Positions 58,172-64,000 of a stretch of 64,000 nucleotides of DNA are shown in pieces. The DNA comes from a bacterium. GTDB taxonomy: Bacteria; UBA10199; JADFYH01. Numbering within the stretch: the first letter of the stretch is position 1; each line of letters opens with the position of its first letter. The notes below the pieces were generated by a model, which saw only the letters and a list, made by a program, of their open reading frames with translations, was not told the origin of the DNA and did no database searches. The DNA is taken from assembly GCA_046346885.1 (NCBI GenBank), contig JAXMHI010000010.1, positions 56,632 to 120,631 of the forward strand, in the 5' to 3' direction. Both the position numbers and the translations under genes were made by a program.

Positions 58172-58582
58172 TCACTCGTCTTCCGGAAAGGCGAACCCCA
58201 AGCCGCACCCCGGGCAAGTCTCTTCTTGAAGATTCCGCGGCGCCCCGCAGGCGGGGCAATGCCCCAAATCGTCCAGGGCCGCCATCTGCTCGGGCGTTGT
58301 TCCCGGAACTTGTTCTAAATACACTTCGCGATCGGCGGCTTGAGCGCGGGCGAAATCTTCTTCTCTCACGTACAGCTCGCACTTAACCCGTTGGCCGCGA
58401 TAACGGGTCGAGATGAGCCCGCCTTCTTCGGGAATTTCTTCGATTTGAAAGGGAATGTTTTGTTCCGTCAACTTCCGGGCGAGAATTTCGATCCAGTCCG
58501 TATCTTGAACGCAAAGGAGCTTAAGATTTTGGAGGTTATCATCCATACCGTTTATTCTACCTTCATTTCCATTGTCGTCCAT
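58172..58582 (-). CDS. Hypothetical protein, DUF2007-like N-domain plus C-terminal zinc ribbon
   Basis: 136-aa ORF. CPACG...CPGCG. The N-terminal fold assignment is only a guess. An alternative ATG lies at 58546. Confidence 0.4.
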   Translation of the reverse strand: MDDNGNEGRINGMDDNLQNLKLLCVQDTDWIEILARKLTEQNIPFQIEEIPEEGGLISTRYRGQRVKCELYVREEDFARAQAADREVYLEQVPGTTPEQMAALDDLGHCPACGAPRNLQEETCPGCGLGFAFPEDE

Positions 58583-58615
58583 GTTTACTTTCCCTTCCTT
58601 CGGGTTAGGCTTCCC

Positions 58616-59221
58616 CTAATCCTTACAAACCTCTTTTCCATGCCGATCGAAGGTGGCGAGTGGCTTCACTTCACCGTCTTTACCGACATGATAAAGCCCA
58701 TACGACTCTTCGATATCCGAACAACCGAAGGGCCGGACGCGGGGCAAATGCACGGCGAAGCCGTCCGGCACTTTCGCGACCTGGGCCGAGAGCTTAGCCC
58801 CTTCTCCTCTGGCCACTTCTTGCGTCACCGCCACCCACGAAACGGCGGCCTCTTCGTCTTTTACGGGAGCCGCGATCTTTTGAAGCTGATCGAAACGGTC
58901 CAGGCGCTCGGTTTTTCCGTCACGATGAATTTCCAACCACGTGCTGTAATTGCATTTACCCCCTTCTTGTTTCAAATAAACCGCCGAAGTTTTTTCGTAA
59001 TGGGCGCACTCGCCTTTGATTTCGGGTTTTAAGGACGAAGGAAAACCTTGAAGGGACGACATCGAAAGGGTTTTCCAAGAAAGGTTTAAATAGGTTTGCG
59101 CATCGCCCGAATTTTTCCAGGCATATTTTTTCAAACTCTGGGGAAAGCCCTCTTGTGCATGAGAAGACGGGATAAAAACAAAAAGGAAAAAGATAAAAAA
59201 GCAGGCACGGTAAATTCGCAT
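58616..59221 (-). CDS. Secreted hypothetical protein
   Basis: 201-aa ORF with signal peptide ending SSHA. Confidence 0.5.
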   Translation of the reverse strand: MRIYRACFFIFFLFVFIPSSHAQEGFPQSLKKYAWKNSGDAQTYLNLSWKTLSMSSLQGFPSSLKPEIKGECAHYEKTSAVYLKQEGGKCNYSTWLEIHRDGKTERLDRFDQLQKIAAPVKDEEAAVSWVAVTQEVARGEGAKLSAQVAKVPDGFAVHLPRVRPFGCSDIEESYGLYHVGKDGEVKPLATFDRHGKEVCKD

Positions 59222-59251
59222 AACGTTTAGGCGACCTCCAATTTAAATCCC

Positions 59252-59533
59252 TTAGTTTTTAAACTCTCCGCTTTCTTCTTCCTTTTCCTCGCCTTCCCCA
59301 AAACGCGACGAAGGCGGGGAGGAAAGAGCCAGAAAGAAAATAGGCCCCAAGAGCGGAAGCAAGAGAATGATCGACCACAGCAGTTTTGCGGAAATTTTAT
59401 TTTTGCGGACGAACCAGAGATGAATCAAACAAAAGAAACTAAGGCTTAAAACTAAAAACCAAAACAGCGGGGAACCGGGGATATAGGGGATCCATTCTGG
59501 ATATCTTTGGCTAGAGCCGTAAATGGAGTTCAT
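59252..59533 (-). CDS. Small membrane protein (PLDc_N-like)
   Basis: 93-aa ORF with two TM helices. KLLWSIILLLPLLGPIFFL resembles the PLD N-terminal membrane motif. Confidence 0.4.
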   Translation of the reverse strand: MNSIYGSSQRYPEWIPYIPGSPLFWFLVLSLSFFCLIHLWFVRKNKISAKLLWSIILLLPLLGPIFFLALSSPPSSRFGEGEEKEEESGEFKN

Positions 59534-59635
59534 ACCTTTAAGAGAAATGCTTTTCGCCGATCCCGCCCCCTAGCGGATCGACTTGGTTTAAATGGCGCAT
59601 TTGGCGAGGGAACCCGTGTCGAAAAAAGGGAAACC

Positions 59636-60010
59636 TCATTTCAAACGCGTCAGCGTTTCCGTCCCCAAATCGTTGGGATTCTTGGCCACGAACCAGGTGC
59701 CCTTCATGTTGCCATCCGGCTGCACGGTATAAGTCACGGTCCCCACGTTTTGGGATTGATTGCCCCATTCCACGGCGAAGGTGTTGCCGTTCAACTTACC
59801 GACTCCATCATAGACGCTGCCCACCTGCCAATGCACCCGATAGACATCCCCGCTCTTCACGATGGTCGCGGTGCCGCGATACGAGCCGGCATTCTTGGGA
59901 TTCGTCCCGAGCACCCCGTAAGTGCCCTCAATATTCGCACTTTGCGCGGCGGCCGGAGCGGCCCAAATGATCACGATCGCGAGGCAACAGAGAGATAGCC
60001 ATTTTCTCAT
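59636..60010 (-). CDS. Secreted hypothetical protein
   Basis: ATG at 60010 (MRKWLSLCCLAIVIIWAAPAAA) with AAGGAG upstream. The tracked longer start is unlikely. Confidence 0.5.
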   Translation of the reverse strand: MRKWLSLCCLAIVIIWAAPAAAQSANIEGTYGVLGTNPKNAGSYRGTATIVKSGDVYRVHWQVGSVYDGVGKLNGNTFAVEWGNQSQNVGTVTYTVQPDGNMKGTWFVAKNPNDLGTETLTRLK

Positions 60011-60057
60011 TTTTTCTCCTTTTTTTAAGAATTCAATCCTCTTCAAATTCATATTTC

Positions 60058-60402
60058 TCATTTACTAGGTTGGTTTGCGCATTCTTGAGGCGGCGGAACA
60101 TTTCTCTCCGCCAAATACTGCTTAAAATCCTTCAACCCTTTCACGCAATCCACGGGAGGCGTCGCCACCGACAATTGGCACATGAGCATCGCACTCGACT
60201 CCTTCTTTCCCGCCGCCTCGCAGCATCGCGCCAAATTCTCGCAGCCGGGGCCTTTCGGGGGCCAAACGTTTTTACCGTCGGAAAGCACAACGGTGTTTCC
60301 GTTGGAGGAAGGGGCGATGGTGGTTTCGGCGTGGGGTTGGGGGAGGAAGGAAAGGAAGGTGAAGAATAAAAAAATAAGGGAGAGGTGTTTGTCGCATTTC
60401 AT
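60058..60402 (-). CDS. Secreted Cys-rich hypothetical protein
   Basis: ATG at 60402 (MKCDKHLSLIFLFFTFLSFLPQPHA). Six further Cys residues. Confidence 0.5.
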   Translation of the reverse strand: MKCDKHLSLIFLFFTFLSFLPQPHAETTIAPSSNGNTVVLSDGKNVWPPKGPGCENLARCCEAAGKKESSAMLMCQLSVATPPVDCVKGLKDFKQYLAERNVPPPQECANQPSK

Positions 60403-60430
60403 GGATAAGTCCTTTATGCGCAAAATGTAG

Positions 60431-60877
60431 TTATTTTCGAAAAAGAACAAAATGAGGAAGCGATTTTAACTGCGTATATCTAAACATTTTATAATCGGCT
60501 CTTACGGCTTTTTTAGAAAGTTGATACTTCTTTAAAGTTGTTTTTGGAATGAACGGATAAAACCGAATTTCTTGTCGTTTTTTAGACTTTTCCAGCCAAC
60601 AAAAATTTACAATTAGCGGTGGAACAATAAATCCCGATTTCAAAACCTTCTCGATTACAGTCCATCCGGCACCGAGAATCTGGTTACTGGGTTTTCGATT
60701 CACCGACTTTACTTGAGTTCTAAAAGAACAGCCAGAACATTGCAGATCGTATAATGGGTAGTTTTTCGGCAAACAAAGTAGTTTCTTTAAACAGTTAGGA
60801 CAATTTATAAGCCTGACAACTTCGCGTTCTCCCTTACCACCGGTAATTTGGTTCAATGTTAGGGCTGCCTTTTTCAA
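60431..60877 (-). CDS. DpnI/Dam-replacing-family-like PD-(D/E)xK nuclease domain with Cys4 zinc site; catalytic-domain-only, with Q in place of the E of ExK
   Basis: INCPNCLKKLLCLPKNYPLYDLQCSGCSFRTQVKS aligns by eye to DpnI YCPNCGNNPLNHFENNRPVADFYCNHCSEEFELKS. Later GAGWTVIEKV aligns with DGAYATMMKRV. The protein is 148 aa versus about 254 aa for DpnI, so there is no winged-helix domain. TTG start overlaps the hsdM stop (TTGA). One hand-counted line is 21/60 GC. Confidence 0.45.
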   Translation of the reverse strand: MKKAALTLNQITGGKGEREVVRLINCPNCLKKLLCLPKNYPLYDLQCSGCSFRTQVKSVNRKPSNQILGAGWTVIEKVLKSGFIVPPLIVNFCWLEKSKKRQEIRFYPFIPKTTLKKYQLSKKAVRADYKMFRYTQLKSLPHFVLFRK

Positions 60878-62331
60878 CGCTTCAGATCCTCCGCAATCGT
60901 CGCGAACTGCTCCAACGCCGCCTCTAAATCCTCCATAATTTCTCGGGCAATGATTTCCGGGGCAGGCAGATTGGCGGATTCTTCGAGGCTTTCGTCTTTA
61001 AGCCAGAAGATATCGAGGTTCACTTTGTCGCGCTTGACGAGTTCCTCATAGGCGAAGCCCTTGAAGCGTTCGCTCTCCTTGCGAGAGTGCCGGTTCTTGA
61101 AGTTGTAGCAGGCGACAAAGTCATCCAGATCCGATCGTTTGAGGGGATTTTCCTTCAGGGTGAAGTGCATGTTGGTGCGGAGGTCGTAGATCCAGAGCTT
61201 TTGCGTCCAGGGGGTTTCCCTCGCCTCTTTGCGGTCGAAGAAGAGGACGTTCGCCTTCACCCCTTGGGCGTAGAAGAGGCCCGTGGGCAGGCGCAGGAGG
61301 GTGTGCACATCGCATTCGTGGAGGAGTTTCCGGCGGATCGTCTCCCCCGCCCCGCCTTCGAAGAGCACGTTGTCGGGCACCACCACCGCGGCGCGGCCGT
61401 TGATCTTGAGGAGGGATTTGACGTGTTGGAGGAAGTTGAGTTGCTTATTGGAAGTGGTCGCCCAAAAGTCTTGCCGTTCGTAGGTCTCTTTCTCTTTTGA
61501 GACCTTTCCCTCTTCCCCCACGATCGTGATACTGCTCTTCTTCCCGAAGGGAGGATTCGTCAGCACGATCTCGAAACGCTCGCTCGGTTCCGCGGCGAGG
61601 GAATCAGCCACCACTATCGGTTCAGATTCTTGGTTCCCGATTCCGTGAAGCAGCATATTCATGGCGCAAAGCCGTGCCACCCCTTGCACCAGCTCGAACC
61701 CCTTGAAGGTGTTCTCCTTCAGCTTCTTCCTTTCCGCCTTCGACATGTGGGGGTAATGGCCCACCATGTAGTCATGGGCGGCCAGGATGAACCCTCCCGT
61801 GCCGCAGGCGGGATCGGAGATGCCCTCTCCCGGCCGCGGTTGGATTACCTCCACGATCGCCTGAATGAGCGGCCGCGGCGTGAAGTATTGCCCTGCCCCC
61901 GATTTGGTATCCTGCGCGTTCTTCTCCAAGAGCCCTTCGTAGGCCTCCCCTTTCACGTCGGCGGCCATGTTCGACCAATTCTCTTTGTCGATCAGATCCA
62001 CGATCAAGCGCCTCAGCTTCGCGGGGTCTTGAATCTTATTCTGCGCCTTGTTGAAGATCAGCCCGAGCAGCCCCTTCTCATTGCCCAAGCTTTCCAAGGT
62101 ATGGCGATAATGATCGAAAAGATCATCGCCGTCCTTCTTCAAAAGCGAAGCCCAATTGAACTTTGCCGGGATGGGGCTCGGGTGATTGTAAGGGGCCTTG
62201 GATCTTTCATCGGCCATCTTGAGGAAGAGGAGGTAGGTGAGTTGTTCGACGTAATCGCCGTAGGAGAGGCCGTCGTCGCGGAGGGTGTTGCAGTAGTTCC
62301 AGAGTTTTTGAGTAATATGTTGGGCGTTCAT
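60874..62331 (-). CDS. hsdM: Type I restriction-modification N6-adenine DNA methyltransferase subunit HsdM (EcoKI-like)
   Basis: MNAQHITQKLWNYCNTLRDDGLSYGDYVEQLTYLLFLKM parallels the EcoKI HsdM N-terminus. Motif I DPACGTGGF and motif IV NPPFG are present. I prefer ATG 62331 over the tracked TTG at 62373. One hand-counted line is 36/60 GC. Confidence 0.88.
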   Translation of the reverse strand: MNAQHITQKLWNYCNTLRDDGLSYGDYVEQLTYLLFLKMADERSKAPYNHPSPIPAKFNWASLLKKDGDDLFDHYRHTLESLGNEKGLLGLIFNKAQNKIQDPAKLRRLIVDLIDKENWSNMAADVKGEAYEGLLEKNAQDTKSGAGQYFTPRPLIQAIVEVIQPRPGEGISDPACGTGGFILAAHDYMVGHYPHMSKAERKKLKENTFKGFELVQGVARLCAMNMLLHGIGNQESEPIVVADSLAAEPSERFEIVLTNPPFGKKSSITIVGEEGKVSKEKETYERQDFWATTSNKQLNFLQHVKSLLKINGRAAVVVPDNVLFEGGAGETIRRKLLHECDVHTLLRLPTGLFYAQGVKANVLFFDRKEARETPWTQKLWIYDLRTNMHFTLKENPLKRSDLDDFVACYNFKNRHSRKESERFKGFAYEELVKRDKVNLDIFWLKDESLEESANLPAPEIIAREIMEDLEAALEQFATIAEDLKR

Positions 62332-62344
62332 TCTATCAGAAACC

Positions 62345-63673
62345 CTATTGTTTCCCTTTTCCATAGTATGCAATTATGAGGTTCCTTGTTGCGGATAAGA
62401 TGCGGTTTTCATTTTTGGAAAGGGAAGCTTCGACTAGCTGTTTAATTGTTTTATCCTGCAAAATTATATCGCTCGGAAATACGTCAGCAGCAAACGTTAA
62501 CCATTGCTCACGAGGCTTGCTATCCATTAACTTCTCAAGAATCCTTGTTTCTCCAATCAAAATCTTGTCTAAGTAATAACTCCAGCGTTCTGCACTTTGT
62601 TTTTTTAGAAGACGATCAGCAATTGGACGAGCACTCCAACTTGTTCCATAAGAATTTCCGAGCCTGACGCAAAGCAGAGCAGTGAAGCAAGGGCCGATAG
62701 CAGGGGCAGGGATAACAGTCCCCAGTTTTTCAAGATTTAATGTAGGTGTCTCCTCATGATAGAAATTGTTCATGCCTTCGTGAGCATGAATAATAGCTTC
62801 GGCAGCTTTAGTGAAAGTTTGAGAGCGCAAATTTTCGGGTACGTAGTCAAATCCACGAACCTTAAGTAATGCTTGCTTGAGACCGACAGTTTGCATTTGG
62901 AGCCCATCGGCATAAACTTGTGCATAAGTAAACCCCACTTGCCATCTCTCTGGCTCTCGCGTTGTAGGCCACAGTAGAGGAAGTAATAAATTTAAATTGG
63001 ATAGACAGTGCTCAAGTTTTGCCCCTGTATGGGATCGAATGCCAGATAGCAATACAGCAATAGCTAAACGACGGAAGAAGTATGGCGAAGCGACTAAGGT
63101 GTCGCAACGTGAGTCCCCTTGCTGAAATGTCTCGGCTTCTAAATCCTTGCGAAAATCGGCAAATCGTTTTGCGACCTGAATGCTCGGTTTTGCAAGTACG
63201 CTTTTTACACAACTCAATAGAACGTTAACGGCTTCGTTTACTTCCATAGAATCATCGCCTTCGCCAGGATCGCGCTGCGCAAAGTGTGCGACAAGCTCTT
63301 GAGAATGACGCAAACGCATTGCTTCCGTCCGCGAAACTATTCCGAGTTCTTCCGCTAACTTAATGGCTTCCTTTTCGGTAATCGCATCTAAAACATTATC
63401 ATTTTCGGATATGTCAGTTCGCCCAAGCAATTCAGCTAAAAAGGTTACACCTAATGTTCCCAGTTCCCTTTTTAGGGCAGCCATTGCCCGACCCCAAACA
63501 AATGATGTAGCCATTTCGTAACTGCCGTTCTTGTACGCAGTTACTACTTGAGTTTTTTCACGCGCTGAAAGTTGCTTGGCGAATTCTGCAATCTCGCCAG
63601 GTTGAGAGAGATTTGCGGGAACAAGGCTTTGGGTAGGCTGATCCCATAATACAATCTCGTTTGTCTTACTCAT
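62345..63673 (-). CDS. Hypothetical 442-aa protein, apparently all-alpha, no recognised family
   Basis: Long uninterrupted ORF. ATG overlaps the upstream stop (ATGA) and its stop lies 13 nt before the hsdM ATG. No TM helix or signal peptide. One hand-counted line is 27/60 GC. Confidence 0.6.
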   Translation of the reverse strand: MSKTNEIVLWDQPTQSLVPANLSQPGEIAEFAKQLSAREKTQVVTAYKNGSYEMATSFVWGRAMAALKRELGTLGVTFLAELLGRTDISENDNVLDAITEKEAIKLAEELGIVSRTEAMRLRHSQELVAHFAQRDPGEGDDSMEVNEAVNVLLSCVKSVLAKPSIQVAKRFADFRKDLEAETFQQGDSRCDTLVASPYFFRRLAIAVLLSGIRSHTGAKLEHCLSNLNLLLPLLWPTTREPERWQVGFTYAQVYADGLQMQTVGLKQALLKVRGFDYVPENLRSQTFTKAAEAIIHAHEGMNNFYHEETPTLNLEKLGTVIPAPAIGPCFTALLCVRLGNSYGTSWSARPIADRLLKKQSAERWSYYLDKILIGETRILEKLMDSKPREQWLTFAADVFPSDIILQDKTIKQLVEASLSKNENRILSATRNLIIAYYGKGKQ

Positions 63674-64000
63674 AGTTTTCTCCGAAGGTCATTCTCGCCA
63701 TCTTGTGATTGAAAAAAAGCTGCTTTAAGACCTTTGCCTACTTTACCACATAGTGCTTCGTATGCTCTTCGCCGAGCACCACCAGCTATATTTGATCCCT
63801 TTAGTTTGATAAAAGCATTGTAGGCTATTGCATTTGCTCTCGTATCGAAAACTACAATTCCGTCACAACGAAACATTCCACAAATTACATTTTCAAGCGC
63901 ATAAAGGTGGGGTATGGCACTCGGTTCACGGAGCACAGCATTAACAACATTACTCAAATTAATTGGTGGGTTAATGTTGGTACAATCGTTTAAAAATGCA
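63670..64000 (-). CDS. C-terminal 110 codons of a protein with a diadenylate-cyclase (DAC/DisA_N)-like domain; N-terminus lies beyond the window
   Basis: The frame is open to the window edge (my translation upstream of the tracked TTG: AFLNDCTNINPPIN...). FRCDGIVVFDTRANAIAYNAFIKLKG..IAGGARRRAYEALCG....KAAFFQSQDGE aligns by eye to the DAC pattern HDGAVI..(I)AA..LPLS..LGTRHRAA.G....DA..IVVSEETG. Confidence 0.4.
   Translation of the reverse strand, partial: AFLNDCTNINPPINLSNVVNAVLREPSAIPHLYALENVICGMFRCDGIVVFDTRANAIAYNAFIKLKGSNIAGGARRRAYEALCGKVGKGLKAAFFQSQDGENDLRRKL

Noticed and set aside
1-64000. tRNA, rRNA, tmRNA, RNase P, SRP RNA, transposase or integrase genes
   Set aside because: I inspected every intergenic region longer than about 100 nt by eye. 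None showed cloverleaf-compatible arms or conserved RNA motifs I recognise, and no ORF showed DDE, tyrosine- or serine-recombinase motifs. A covariance-model scan would be needed to exclude small RNAs.

Overview
This 64 kb window is chromosomal DNA from a Gram-negative bacterium. Hand-counted lines in typical genes give roughly 55-60% GC. The gene content (TIGR02147/DUF4423 regulator-like protein, GloVer-repeat protein, PD40 propeller, CreBCD, stand-alone EF-G paralog) and the many REP-type palindromes suggest an uncultured deltaproteobacteria-like or Bdellovibrionota-like lineage, but this placement is weak. I support about 65 protein-coding genes, which are mostly housekeeping or envelope functions. 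They include typA (partial), ettA, slyD, fusA, gpsA, creB/creC/creD, a nagZ-like/amidase/L,D-transpeptidase operon, three CPA-type antiporters, two GSTs, an ABC exporter, bcp, a two-component system next to a VWA-PspA operon, and a HupE-PPIase-DUF3604 cluster. I found no rRNA, tRNA, CRISPR array, transposase or integrase. Three things stand out. (1) The right end (60431-64000) holds a tightly packed minus-strand module: a DAC (diadenylate-cyclase)-like domain protein that runs off the window, a 442-aa all-helical unknown, a solitary EcoKI-type HsdM, and a truncated DpnI-like Cys4 nuclease. No HsdS or HsdR is visible and the composition is clearly mosaic. This is my best candidate for an undescribed defence or conflict system. 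(2) Four genes (App1-like phosphatase, N-terminus of a PlsB-like acyltransferase, a chalcone-isomerase-like protein, DUF3604) are broken by clustered single-base indels, most of them at short homopolymer runs. These are either sequence errors or real decay. (3) At least four families of REP-like palindromes occupy intergenic regions and create false ORF extensions. Family names come from motif recognition by eye. No database search was run.
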